A stretch of DNA of 63,922 bases, the filler included, from Phoronis australis (Eukaryota > Animalia > Phoronida): assembly GCA_002633005.1 (NCBI GenBank). It is 7 parts of 7 records of this genome, joined end to end, with 100 filler letters (N's around TTAATTAATTAA, not from the genome) between each part and the next. Parts side by side here need not be neighbours in the genome. Positions count along the whole stretch, not along the records: positions 1 to 24,085 come from NMRA01001363.1; positions 24,186 to 43,230 come from NMRA01001210.1; 5 more parts are not named here. One strand, 5' to 3'. The position numbers and the translations under genes are program-made. The notes beneath the pieces were generated by a model. The model was not told the origin of the DNA and did no database searches. It saw only the letters and a program-made list of their open reading frames with translations. Shown here piece after piece: positions 12,730-24,916 of the stretch. The stretch's first letter is position 1; each line of letters opens with the position of its first letter.

Positions 12730-13349
12730 TTAACAACGTATCAATAGTAGCACATGCTACGGGCCATGCGCTTTTTAAGGTACCCACTCGTATTATTTTG
12801 GAGACGCCAATACCATAAACGTATTCTGATGTTTATACGCTTATGGAAGAAGTGACCCCAGGTGATGCGAAGCCAATTTGGAAAATTATTGTTGGGTGCC
12901 CAGTGCCCACACTCTTGGTCCTATACCTATTGAAAGTGGTGAGCCCACTGAGTAAGCGCTGTTTAAATAATTGTAGGTGTCGTAATGCTACACACTAAAA
13001 AAACACAGAGCCCTAAAATTGCAGAGATTCACCAACGCGCCAAGCGTTCCTTGGTTTTTCAACAATTCTTGAATTTACATATTTTTTTTTCATAAAATAC
13101 AGAGTGGCAAAATCTGCAAAACTTAAATTTGCGCAAAATATTTATGTTTGACAAACGTAGAATTATTTATATTATAGTTGGCACTCACGCTAATGGAATT
13201 CGATCAACACTTAGTATTGCCCATTGGACATATTGGCAAATTCCACGTCCTGCTTTTGCTTTGATACAATCATTTCATCTAGGTGCATCAGTTAAAATAT
13301 ACTTGTGTAAAGCAGACGTATTCTCATTATCGCTATCTTGTTCTTTTAG

Positions 13350-13493
13350 GCTCATTCTTCTGTTGAGAGAGCAGGAATGATCGGGATGGTAAACATACGT
13401 AAAGTCGAAAGTGACGAAAACTATAGCATGAAACCGGAAGCACTCGAAGCAGCCATTAAGGAGGATATTTCCCAAGGCAAAATACCGTTCTTT
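13350..13493 (+). CDS. Ddc: Ddc coding exon 5
   Basis: AHSSVERAGMIG...AIKEDISQGKIPFF, including the PLP-stacking His; AG/GT flanks; 144 nt. Confidence 0.97.
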
Positions 13494-13763
13494 GTAAGTT
13501 ATTATATCAGCGGCTTTTTGTCATTTTGTTTACTCGCAGTCATGTGTGTATTCAAGAGGTAATTTCTATGGGAAAGTTTGTTGATTTCGTTAAGCAGATA
13601 GTCGAGTTAGATGGACACCTGAATTTTGGCGTGGCAAATTGCGCATTGCTGAGAAATAACGTCGGGTTCGGAAGCGGGGAAGGGTTGAAGAGTTGAAAAC
13701 TTGTGAAACAGGATGCATGATATTTAGAGGCATTAATTGGCCGTTGACCGGGGAGGGGGGGGG

Positions 13764-15521
13764 GTGATACTACAAATGTGGCCACTGTGGTAATCTTATC
13801 TCCTATTGTGAAAACACCAGTTTCGCCCCTGTGTGTATTCATGCTGTGCCATGTACTAATAAGGACTCGATCTGAAGTACAAGAAACTGAACCTCTTTTG
13901 AACATTTTACTGGAAAAGTTCCTTATTAGATGTTCGTACCTCAATGCTTCTACTCTTCCTGCGATCAGTGTCACGTGTTTGTTCTTGGAAGTACCATGCC
14001 GCACTTCAGTTTTGGCTTATGTTGTAATCTCAAACTGTTAAAAATTCTATTAATGCAACGGGTTAGCGGTCCTTATTTTATGACGTAACTCTGAATCCAA
14101 TGGAGTTAAGAAATTTCTTCATTGCCGCGAACGTGATTTTCTGTTTTTAGTTTGCAATTTCGAATCGAGCTTAATTAGTTTGATCGTGGTAACTTATAAG
14201 GATACAAGACTCAGATTTTTTTTTCGTGGTTTCACTCGAAAGTGGGTCTGCATCAATCATTTGTTGTTTTAAAGAGGTTATTCATCAAAAACAGTTTTCA
14301 CTGCATTGGTCACAAAGTGTTTAGAAGACTGAAATCTTTTGTCACAGTCGTCGATTTACTATTCACAGCTTTCATCACGTATGCCAATGAAACTGATTTT
14401 GAAAGAGCTTCCTTACTTGTTCCTTGTGGGTTGACGGAGGTTACAGTGCAATGTTTTGTATCAAAAGATTTCGGTATTCTTTTAATACGTAAAAAAAGGC
14501 TTTTGTGTTATGTACGTTTAACAACTTATCAACCTGAGCATATGTACCGATCGTTCTAGTGCTGTGCTACATTGGGAACGACAAATTCGTGCAGTTATGA
14601 CAAGCTAACTGAGATAGGTCCCGTATGCAACAAACATGGGGTATGGTTANGTGATACTACAAATGTGGCCACTGTGGTAATCTTATCTCCTATTGTGAAA
14701 ACACCAGTTTCGCCCCTGTGTGTATTCATGCTGTGCCATGTACTAATAAGGACTCGATCTGAAGTACAAGAAACTGAACCTCTTTTGAACATTCTACTGG
14801 AAAAGTTCCTTATTAGATGTTCGTACCTCAATGCTTCTACTCTTCCTGCGATCAGTGTCACGTGTTTGTTCTTGGAAGTACCATGCCGCACTTCAGTTTT
14901 GGCTTATGTTGTAATCTCAAACTGTTAAATTCTATTAATGCAACGGGTTAGCGGTCCTTATTTTATGACGTAACTCTGAATCCAATTGAGTTAAGAAATT
15001 TCTTCATCGCGGCGAACGTGATTTTCTGTTTTTAGTTTGCAATTTCGAATCGAGCTTAATTAGTTTGATCGTGGTAACTTATAAGGATACAAGACTCAGA
15101 TTTTTTTTCGTGGTTTCACTCGAAAGTGGGTCTGCATCAATCATTTGTTGTTTTAAAGAGGTTATTCATCTAAAACAGTTTTCACTGCATTGGTCACAAA
15201 GTGTTTAGAAGACTGAAATCTTTCTCACAGTCGTCGATTTACTATTCACAGCTTTCATCACGTATGCCAATGAAACAGAGCTTCTTACTTGTTCCTTGTG
15301 GGTTGACGGAGGTTACAGTGCAATGTTTTGTATCAAAAGATTTCGGTATTCTTTTAATAGGTAAAAACAGGCTTTTGTGTTATGAACGTTTAACAACTTA
15401 TCAACCTGAGCATATGTACCGATCGTTCTAGTGCTGTGCTACATTGGGAACGACAAATTCGTGCAGTTATGACAAGCTAACTGAGATAGGTCCCGTATGC
15501 AACAAACATGGGGTATGGTTA
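13764..15521. other. About 880-bp tandem duplication around a single N (probably two uncollapsed haplotypes)
   Basis: 13764-14649 matches 14651-15521 with scattered SNPs and indels; the junction is exactly the N at 14650. Confidence 0.8.
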
Positions 15522-15593
15522 CACATCGACGCGGCGTACGCGGGGTCGGCGTTTATATGCCCGGAGTTTAGACATCTTCTAGACGGAGTTGAG
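15432..15593 (+). CDS. Ddc: Ddc coding exon 6
   Basis: [54 protein letters not shown] (HxDAAYAG motif); AG/GT flanks; 162 nt. Confidence 0.97.
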
Positions 15594-15885
15594 GTAGGCA
15601 CGTGGCAAAATATCAAAACATTTTTATGTTGTTTACACCATGTTTGAATCCATAAAATCAGCCATTTTAAATCTTTGGAAGATCACGTAATCGTATTTCG
15701 TGCATGACAACATAATGGAGTCCTGAACGTGTTCTTTCATTATATAGACCTGCGTGTTGATAATTAGTAATTTCCATAACATTGACATTTTTACGTGACA
15801 TCGTTCTGTAAGACCGTTTAAAACGCCTTTTTCATCAGATTATACCTTGGACACATTGTTTTAACAATCTCTTTCATAATTCCAG

Positions 15886-15953
15886 TTCGCTGATTCCTTC
15901 AATTTCAACCCTCACAAATGGCTAATGGTCACGTTTGACTGTTCAGCTATGTG
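15886..15953 (+). CDS. Ddc: Ddc coding exon 7 (PLP lysine)
   Basis: FADSFNFNPHKWLMVTFDCSAMW; Schiff-base Lys codon at 15916-15918; 68 nt, phase-2 donor gtaagt. Confidence 0.97.
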
Positions 15954-16150
15954 GTAAGTTATGAGGAATAAGCTTAATTTTGCAAGCGGCCCATTTCTGT
16001 ATACAACCAAGGCTACTTTGATATTGCTCAATGTCAGGGTGGGTAAACTTCCTGCCGTAAGGTCTACAGTATTGTGAACAACGGGCATTTTTCATTGATA
16101 TACGTCTATTTTCACGAGATGCATTTGTTTTCGCATATGTGGCAATGTTG

Positions 16151-17835
16151 TTATGCGCCCACATATTTATGTGTGGTTGCATATTGACGTCATCTCTGTC
16201 CGGGCGTCCGGCCTCTGTCGTCCGTGTTCCGGCGTCCGCAGTTGTATCTCCGGAACCCCTCACAGCGATCTTGATGAAATTGGGAAATGTGTTCTATGTA
16301 GCTGAAGACGGATGACGGCGAATTTTAGACCTCTCCGACTACCGGCGTGCTCCCTAGTGGCAATTTTAGTTTTTACGCTTACCCCTGTTGGCCTAGCTTT
16401 GGAGGCCCTCAATGGATTTTGATAATTTTTTTTCAGTTAGGCATCTACTAGTTAGATGACGCTATCCTCCCGATTTCGGATGGATTCGAGGTACTTTGCA
16501 AAACCTGGTGGCTATTTTTGAGGGTCTTTGAGTCTGTTTTTTGGTGTCCGCCCTTTTATCAACCAAGCCGCTATAGGGATAATTATGAAAATTGGCATAT
16601 ACCGTACGGTATATTCTTACTGTGAAGAGGGCGGCTGACGAGGATTTTCCAACGACTTTGACTACTAATTGTGGCGAATCCTAGTGGCAATTTTTTTTGT
16701 TTTGCGCCCATGGGTGTATCTGTTAAACGCTGCACAGGGTCTTTATTAAAGTTTGCTAGTGTATTTGTTTGAAGTTAAGAGCGAACGATGATGATTTCAT
16801 GACAGATTGGACTACCGGTGTGCCCCTAGTGACAATTTCAATTTTTTTACGTTTACTGCTGTATCTTCAAATGTACTCAACGCATTTTCATAAAATTTGG
16901 CAGATAGGCATCTATGAGTGAGATGACGCTATCTTTCGATTTTGGGTTTGATTTGAAGTATTTTGCGCCACTTAGTGGCCATTTTTAATGTTTTCGAGTC
17001 TGTTTTTGGCGTCTACTCCTCTGTCAACCAAACCACTCTAAGGATGAATGTTGAAATTGGCATGTTTGTTCCTAAAGTGAAGAGGAAGGCTGGCGATGGT
17101 TTTCCGACAACCTCGACTACTGGTGGCGCCTTCTTCTGGTATTTTTTTTACCCTGAGGGCTGTATCTCCTAAACCCTGTGCAAGGTCTTTATTAAATTCA
17201 GCAACTGCATTGATATGAAGTTGACAACGGACAACGACGACTCAGACAGATCTGACAACCACTGTGCCCCCTAGTGGAAATTTTCATTTTTTTTTCTTTT
17301 TTCTTCCGTTTCTCTGAAGCTGCTTGACGGATTGTTATGAAATTTGATTAATAGCTTCCTATTGAAATGATGACATGCTCCTGTTTTCGGATGGATTTGT
17401 CATATTTCGCCGCATCTAGTTGCCGTTTTGACTGTTTTCTAGTCTGTTTTTGGCATCCGCTTCTCTGTCAACTAAACCACTCTAAGGACGATTGTGAACT
17501 TTGGCATATGTGTTCTTAGTGTGAAAAGACGGTTGATAAAGATTTTCCGACGACTTCATGTACCGTGGCACCTCCTAGTGGCAGTTATATTTGTTTTGTG
17601 ACAATAACTTCCAAGTGGCAATTTCATTATTTCCGTTTACCTCTATTTCTCAGATGTAAAATGACAGATTTTCATGAAATTTGGTGAATAGCTTTGATGA
17701 TATATACCAGTTTCCGAATTCGACGTATTTTGCACTATCTAGTGGCCGTTTTTATGATACAAATAAACACCCTCAGAAGCACAAGGTTTGCGGTGCATTC
17801 TTGGGCTCATTTCAACGCTACTCGTTGCTCTTGTT
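16151..17835 (+). mobile_element. HINE/DINE-1-like element, copy 2, Ddc intron 7
   Basis: Same 5' end (ATGCGCCCAC...), internal repeat array and 3' end (TGGGCTCAT...AACG..CGTT..CTTGTT) as 8616-9937. Confidence 0.75.
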
Positions 17836-18168
17836 TATACAAAAGGCTATCCTTAATTTACCCACAAACCATGTAAGTAAGAAGTTGTGATGTACAGAAT
17901 GGCTAAATATGCTACGACAACCCCCGTGTTACATAATGTAAAGCGCGTGCCCCCCTCTCATATGTGAAAAGAACTGCAATTTATGAGCACGGGACAGAAT
18001 GCCTATTGCGGTTCGGTGAGTAAGGAACCACTTCTCGTAAGAAAAGAGTCGCGTTAATGAGAAAAGAACGCTGTCAGTGGGAACACTCCTCCGGGCCGTG
18101 ATGGAGGATATTTGTCTACCCTGAATGTAAGTACATGCACGTGTGCGAAAACTGTGACCCACGATAAA

Positions 18169-18293
18169 CGTTCAGTAACGCTAGAGCCTAGCTAAAATCT
18201 AACCTCTCATTTGAAATACACTGCAATATCTCATGTAATCTCGCTCAGTCTTGCTTTTTAACGAGGTCCTAGCGTTCCTAGCGTTACTGAACG
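18169..18293. mobile_element. Short MITE-like element
   Basis: Perfect 16-bp inverted repeat CGTTCAGTAACGCTAG / CTAGCGTTACTGAACG around a short spacer. Confidence 0.5.
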
Positions 18294-18776
18294 GGAGGCT
18301 GGTTTCGTGATACACAGCTTTCAAAAGGGTCATTTTGCGACAAGTTACTGTGAGCCCCCTCCCTTGTGTAATGTCAACGGTAGCGTTGATCATTGACAGG
18401 GAATGAATCCACATGCCACTTCAGTCAACTCAAATGGGCTATATTTTAAATTGAAATGAAACCGAATCCATAAGATATAGTTCCATTTCGTCGTTAAACC
18501 CAGTGCCTATGCAATGCGTAATTCATTACGAGGCCATTTTCTCTATGACTACTTACGATTCAATTACAATGCACTTGCACTCACCAAAATGCATTTTTGC
18601 ACCAGCTTGATAAGTAATTTTATCATTGTAGTAAATAAATTTAACAACAAAATACTTTAACAACCACTTTGTTGTTGATATCGTTAGTGAAGCGTTTCTA
18701 CTAACTTAGCTTTTGGGACTGACGACAAAGTTGAGGGAAGCAAAATTATTCCATGAACCATTTGATCTTTTTGCAG

Positions 18777-18867
18777 GGTTAAAGATAGCGGATGGTTGGT
18801 TGATTCTTTTAAGATGGACCCTCTGTATCTGAAACACGCCCACCAAGACAGTGCGTTAGATTATAGG
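18777..18867 (+). CDS. Ddc: Ddc coding exon 8 (catalytic loop)
   Basis: VKDSGWLVDSFKMDPLYLKHAHQDSALDYR; 91 nt; phase matches the previous exon. Confidence 0.96.
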
Positions 18868-19205
18868 GTAAGTCATTATTGAAAATGTCAGTTTTTAGGT
18901 AACTGACTAATGTCGTTACCAAATTCAAATTTCTTCAAACATCTTAACAACATACGTGGTGACCATTAAAACAGAATTTTTAAGAACGTTTTAACCTACG
19001 GCGACATCCATGAAAACACTATTTTAAAAAAAGCGCGGTCACGTAGCTAAAAATGTTCCGGCTCTGTTTTTGTGTTTTTGTGCATGAATAATTTTTTTTA
19101 AATTCTATCTGCATTGTTACAGCCTACTGTATTGAATAAATCTTCAAAGTTTTCAAACTTCCGTGTTACACATATCTGAATTCCAAAGTAAACTGGAGAT
19201 ATTAC

Positions 19206-19948
19206 ACAAAACGTACCGAGAGTGGCGTGCATGAAGTAATATTCCACGAGGCATTATTACGCGTATCGACCGAGGCCGTAGGTCGATACGCAGAATAATG
19301 TCTAGTGGGATATTACTTCATGTACGCCAATCAAGGTAGTTTTGTATTTATCCCATACGCTTCCAATTCCTAACTTTCTTTCTTTTTTTCCGTAGATTTT
19401 TAAATACTTGACTCAGACTGTTCACGTGGCGAATCACAACCTATATGTGTGTACTTGCGCGTTAGGCTGCAAGTTTTCTCTAGTAAAGAAACAGTAAATG
19501 TGACGATTTATTACTTGAAAAGAGATAACAAAAATGAAAACAAGGGTAACTTTTCATTGAACTTGTAACGTCTCCTTAAAATAGTTAAACAACGACAATA
19601 TTTGATAATGTAGTTACCGAGGAATTGGCGCCTGAGTTGCAGACGATAAAATATTTAGCAAATGAAAACTGAGTCAAAAGTGTCATATAATTAACTGCCC
19701 TGTTCCAGATGTTACGATTGAGACCTGATTGTATGTTGAGCGTTAGTTACACTGCTATAGTTGTATTAATTTAAATATTTTCCGAAAGTTTGATGATCGA
19801 ACCGGCTAGCGACGTCGACTCGACCTTGACCTACCTTTTGAACTTTCCATGTCAGAGGTCACTGTTGAAGTAGTGCGGAAGGTGGATACGGAAAACTTTA
19901 TTACATGGCCGTATTACCCTCGATAGATTCAACGCGTATGGGATAAAA
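19206..19948. mobile_element. Non-autonomous element with a long hairpin plus TTTATCCCATACGC inverted repeats
   Basis: About 65-bp-arm hairpin at 19206-19345, then tttatcccatacgc (19347-19360) and gcgtatgggataaa (19935-19948). Confidence 0.5.
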
Positions 19949-20059
19949 TAAAATACACTTTACTTTTTCATGTCTTGTGCGTTCTGGATTTCTATCATGT
20001 CAGCGTTTTCTTTCACTTACCAGTTTAAAGCTTTCTGAGTCTGACGCCATCTTTTTCAG

Positions 20060-20158
20060 CATTGGCAAATACCGCTGGGAAGGCGATTTCGATCACTTAA
20101 GCTCTGGTTTGTACTGCGTTCTTTTGGCATAAAAGGACTCCAAGAAATAATTAGAAAG
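20060..20158 (+). CDS. Ddc: Ddc coding exon 9
   Basis: [33 protein letters not shown]; AG/GT flanks; 99 nt. Confidence 0.97.
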
Positions 20159-20507
20159 GTAAAAATACATAAGATACATCATTCAAAACTATGGCGATTT
20201 CAAACAGCCAGTCCGGCTTCTTTGAGCGCATCCGCACATATATATGTATGCATGTATGTGTGCGTGCGTGCATGCGTGCGGGCATGTATGTATACGTATG
20301 TTATTATTAGGGTCGGAGAAACTGTATTGGGATCAGTGAAAAAAATTGTATTTTGTGTGTTATGAAAATAGCGAATCTCAGGAATTTTTCTAGAAATTCT
20401 TGCTATATCCAAAGTGAATAACTCTCACGTTAGCACCCTGAAGAAGTAGATTAGCCACGATCTGCTCAAAAGATAGTTTTACAAGTTTTCGTGTTCCATG
20501 CATCTTT

Positions 20508-20757
20508 AAGGCCTAAGACGAAATTTTTGAAAAAACCGTTTCATGAACACAAAGTGGGATTTTGGTCTTCGGTTTTAACATAGACGGAACTTGAGTCGTT
20601 ATCTTACATAGGTGAGGATACAAACTAGCTTTCGTCAGTCACCTGTTTCGAATTCACAAAACTAAACGAGGTAGTGTGGTAAATTAAGACCGAAATTTAA
20701 AATCTAACTAAGTATTCATAGAACGGTCTTTTTGTAACTTTCGTCTTCGGTCTTAAT
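20508..20757. mobile_element. Decayed MITE-like inverted repeat, Ddc intron 9
   Basis: taaggcctaagacgaaa...aaccgtttcatgaacac is mirrored by gtattcatagaacggt...tttcgtcttcggtctta. Confidence 0.45.
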
Positions 20758-20953
20758 TTAGCCAGAAAATCGATCTTACCTTAGACAAATTTTTGGTGTT
20801 ATATCTTTTAAGTCTAAAGTCAGTTTTTATGTAGCAGACCAGTTGACATTTATAATTGATAAAATATCAACGTCTATTGTCGCATCTTAAAGTTCTTCTA
20901 AATGGTTGAATTGGACGGTGTCGATTTACGCATGTTGTTGTCTCTCTCTGCAG

Positions 20954-21055
20954 GACGTCGCTCTTGCCCACGAATTTGAGGAGTTTGTGAAGAAAGACAG
21001 TAGGTTCGAGGTTGTCGGCGAAGTTACCATGGGACTGGTCTGTTTCAGACTTAAG
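20954..21055 (+). CDS. Ddc: Ddc coding exon 10
   Basis: [34 protein letters not shown]; AG/GT flanks; 102 nt. Confidence 0.97.
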
Positions 21056-22018
21056 GTATGTTAGATATATTACCTTAAATAGGAAATTGATTACCCAAAC
21101 AATCGCTTGAGATCAGACATGGCTGGCAAGTTTCTAACACATCTAGCAGCTGACATGGCCGGGTTTGGATGAGTATGCTTATTGATATGCGCTATCATAA
21201 AGTTTGGGAGATGTCGTTTACTCACTAGTGTTTTCGTACTCTCAGCTAGCGCATTGTACCTTTGGACAATGATTCGCTAACTACTCGATGGGAGGTAAAC
21301 CGGCACTGGTTGGATATAATATGCCCGTATTTTGAAAACCAGTTTCATGTCCGTTATTCAGTGGAAAAAATGGTTTTCAAAATTCGGGTACAATATATCC
21401 GACCACTACCAGTAAACCTACAATCACAAACTCGAAACAATTGGCCTGTCGTACATACGCACTTGCATTAATTTTTTGTGCTAATGAGAGGATTCATAAT
21501 CTCCAGCTTACACAATGAAGTGAGGTGCATGGAATATCGTTTCAAGCAATGTCGCACGCTCTGTTTTATATCTGTTCAAACTGAGCCACTTTCCTCCAAT
21601 GAACACGTCAAAGAGTACGCTTTTAAAGCCTTCAAAATTAGTTTGAGAATTGATTTATAAGTTTGTAAAGAACTGAAAGTTCGTTAAAATGACATGCCGT
21701 GACATGCCAGCTTGTTAAGTTTGTATTCAAACTACAGCATACGAAATAACAGCTCTTTCTAAGCCCTGAAATCATTTTCAATTCGACTAAGGAACAATTC
21801 ATAAAGATGAGTGGTCAAAATAAATTCAGATTATTACATGGCGAAGTAATCTAGAGCCCGTGTGGATTTTGGAAAATTATCGCACCTGTGGTAGAAACAA
21901 AATTCCATCGCACGTAGCTGCGAAACTTACGACTTCGCCGCAAGAAACCCAGAACCGCGGAAGGGCGTTGACGAAAGTATTGCGTGGATGAATTAACTCA
22001 TGAGCCTTTTATTTGCAG

Positions 22019-22219
22019 GGCAGTAATACCATTAACGAAGAACTGAACAGGCTAGTGAATGAAGATGGACGAATTCACTTTGTGCCTTCAAAAATAAGGG
22101 ATACGTATTTTCTCAGATTTGCTGTATGCGCCACAAGGACTGTGTCGACAGATGTCGCTTTTGCCTGGTCAGTGATAGTGGAAATCGCAGAAAAACTTAT
22201 AAAGAATAACAATGCGTAA
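22019..22219 (+). CDS. Ddc: Ddc coding exon 11 (terminal, TAA stop)
   Basis: GSNTINEELNRLVNEDGRIHFVPSKIRDTYFLRFAVCA...EKLIKNNNA*; the spliced product is about 479 aa. Confidence 0.96.
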   Translation, partial: GSNTINEELNRLVNEDGRIHFVPSKIRDTYFLRFAVCATRTVSTDVAFAWSVIVEIAEKLIKNNNA

Positions 22220-23226
22220 GCCAGGTATAACTGCTGTAACAGTAATCTCAATTCAGGAAAGCATGGAAGTGTGCCCGTTTGTCTTCGAATTTGTGCATTG
22301 TGAATATTGTTGGTAGTAAAACTGAGTTCAATGTATGTTTATCTCTCCGTGTCTATTTCAATTAATCCTTGTCGATACATAACGGCTTTTTATTTTATTA
22401 ATGCATTCTCGAGATGTTGCTTCACACCAAAACCTAAGGTCTCCAAACTAAGACTCGACTCATTCTCATGCTCGAAACTTAACCAATCACGTCGCATTGT
22501 TACAGCACAAATTTGGAAATTCACTCAACTCAAGCTATTCATTCCATTAGTCAGTCCATTTTTTGTGTCGAGTTCCCAGTTCAGACTAAAGGCTCCGGCC
22601 GGGCCAAAACTGAGACATACAATATAAGCATCTTACAAATTCTAACGTATAGTGCAGGGCGTAAATTTAGTTGGTTGCGAAGCCTGATCAGCGGCGTGGG
22701 CGGCTGGCTAAGTTCCACATGGGACAGCAACGGCAGAAATTTATAACATTCTTGATCCGCTAGGTGACGCTTAAGCGCCATGTCCCTAACCAATCATAAC
22801 AACGCACAGTTAGGTTAAAGGTCAGGAAGCTTGGGCGCTAGTACCGTGAGCCTGAAGTCAGTAGTCTGCAGAGCAAAGTCAAGTTTACAATAACAGTATT
22901 TGGAATTTCTGGAATTCCACAGTCTACAGTACGACAGTGCTAGCTGGGTCATTGGGGGTCACAACTCTCTGTTACCTTGTACACATAACCAAAACAAATG
23001 TGAACTGAACGCCAGCCAACCGCGTGTGCTTGCATTGGATTAAGCGGGCTGCAAAAGCGCTTTTTATTAATCTTCAGATGTTTGCCAATACAAATCTGTG
23101 TGCGGAATCCACTCCTAAGTAACAGTATTGAATTAAGACGAAGGACAACGTACTGTGGATCACAAAAAACGGAACAACATTTTGAAGATAACTATAGTAT
23201 CAACTTCTGATCACAGACGAAATCTG

Positions 23227-23232
23227 AATAAA
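23227..23232 (+). promoter_or_regulatory. Candidate Ddc polyadenylation signal (AATAAA)
   Basis: AATAAA about 1 kb after the stop codon, followed by T-rich sequence. No transcript evidence. Confidence 0.35.
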
Positions 23233-24085
23233 ACTGTATAAAATCCGACTTTTTTCAAACTTCGAATGTATTTCTATACTGATACTGCATGAAAAAAATG
23301 AACATATCACTTTCTTACCGATTCTGAGCTAGTCTTTCATCTACAGAGTGCAAATTTCTTTGCAAGACAGCCAGGCGATCGGCAACATTTCATCTCACTG
23401 TACTTGGATCCATTTTCTGAACACAAGAGACGTGGAAAATTTTTCGAAAAACAGCATGAAATTTGGATCAGCAACCTCTGAGTACTCTGGTAGTCACCTA
23501 GGCTATCGGCAAATCCGATGGCAACATGAATTCAGCCATTAGCTTGACTTCAAAATGAGCTATGCGCTCAAATATTGGCTTCCGGACGATCGTTAGCATA
23601 GGCCTCAACGGGGAAAACTTCAAACTTTAAGAGACGTGGAAAAATTCTCACCAATGACGCTGATATTTGGTAGTAACAAGTCTTAACATACACTCTATGC
23701 CACAGGCTATCGGCAAATTGTGTCACAGTAAATTGCTGATTATAGCCTGTTCTTGTGTATTTCTTATGGAGGGCTGCTGGCAAGATTTAGCGCATGCGCA
23801 GTTGGGCATTTTACAAATTTCTGGCGTTAGAGACATTTTGTACGTAAAGGTATCCATTACTTCATCACCAGCACTGACTCCATCCAGTCTTTTTGAAAAC
23901 GAGGCTCGTACAGTACCGCCATTTTCTCTTGTAGTGTTCAGTAAAAATAAAGACGTTACGGTCTCTGATAAAACTCTAGTCACAAGGAGCACGTGCATCA
24001 AGTCGGATTTCAACGGTTTGCCTAAAGTTGTTATAGCCCGTGCCCTTAGGCTTCAGATAAGGCCGATTTTGCCATTTTATGATGA

Positions 24086-24185
24086 NNNNNNNNNNNNNNN
24101 NNNNNNNNNNNNNNNNNNNNNNNNNNNNNTTAATTAATTAANNNNNNNNNNNNNNNNNNNNNNNNNNNNNNNNNNNNNNNNNNNN
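24086..24185. other. Artificial 100-nt scaffold spacer (44N-TTAATTAATTAA-44N); also at 43231, 49378, 53334, 56605 and 61829
   Basis: Identical 12-mer with stops in all six frames, centred in fixed-length N runs, six times. Confidence 0.95.
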
Positions 24186-24460
24186 TACTGCGTTTCATCT
24201 GTTCTCTGGCTTCGCACCATGGATACTATTCATCATAAGCATATGGAGAAGGATCTTGAAGTGGCAATCAATCCAAGAATAGCCGTGACATCTCTGATGA
24301 AAAGTGTCAAAAAATGATTCAAATGCTGAGAGGTGAGGAGGGGTCAGACGGCCTAGTCAGTTTTCCCAAAATCAAGCAGTGGATTGGAAATGAGCATATC
24401 CACCTGCTATAACTACTTGGTTCGAATGTCACTGACAGGCTGGCTATTCCCACAAGAAGG

Positions 24461-24916
24461 TACCGTAAACCCACGGGTTAACACCCTGTGCGCTTAAATT
24501 GGGAAACCCTTAGACAAAGGGGGTGGGCCATTACCCAAGCAGTGGGCACTTAAACAGAAAAATTGGCAAAAAGTCGTGGGTGGGCAATTACCCAAGCAGT
24601 GACCGCATATGTCCAAGTTTTAGCAGAACGGGACTTATATGTTTGGTCAAACAGCAGGATCTAACAACCACAGCATGCTGCAAAATGTCATACCACTTAG
24701 CTTGAATGTCATTCCGTATCAGCATGGGTTTGAGTGTAAGTTCTGTAAGCGGTATGTTGGGGATGGGCAATTACCCGAGAGATGGATGCTTACGTGGAAA
24801 TTAGCACAAAGTAAGGGATGGGCGATTACCCAAGCGGTGGGCGCTTAAACTGAAATTGACCAAAGATCGGGATGGGCAATTACACGGGCATTGGCGTATA
24901 CCGCGATTTTGCGGTA
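24461..24916. mobile_element. TA-flanked MITE (CCGTA/CCGCA-type ends) with internal GGGCAATTACCC repeats
   Basis: taccgtaaa... / ...tttgcggta ends; five copies of ggg(t/a)tgggc(a/c/g)attac(c/a)c. Confidence 0.55.

Noticed and set aside
14560-14649. Second copy of Ddc exon 6 as a mutually exclusive exon
   Set aside because: It is truncated at an N, has no donor, and is part of the haplotype-overlap duplication.
5308-22219. Alternative identity as histidine decarboxylase, tyrosine decarboxylase or aldehyde synthase
   Set aside because: IPLGRRF (Gly), the intact His and loop Tyr, a length of about 479 aa with no C-terminal extension, and the exon structure all fit DDC.
24130-24141. TTAATTAATTAA recurring six times, as a possible regulatory or recombination site
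   Set aside because: It is always centred in a fixed 100-nt N spacer and gives stops in all six frames, so it is an artificial contig linker.
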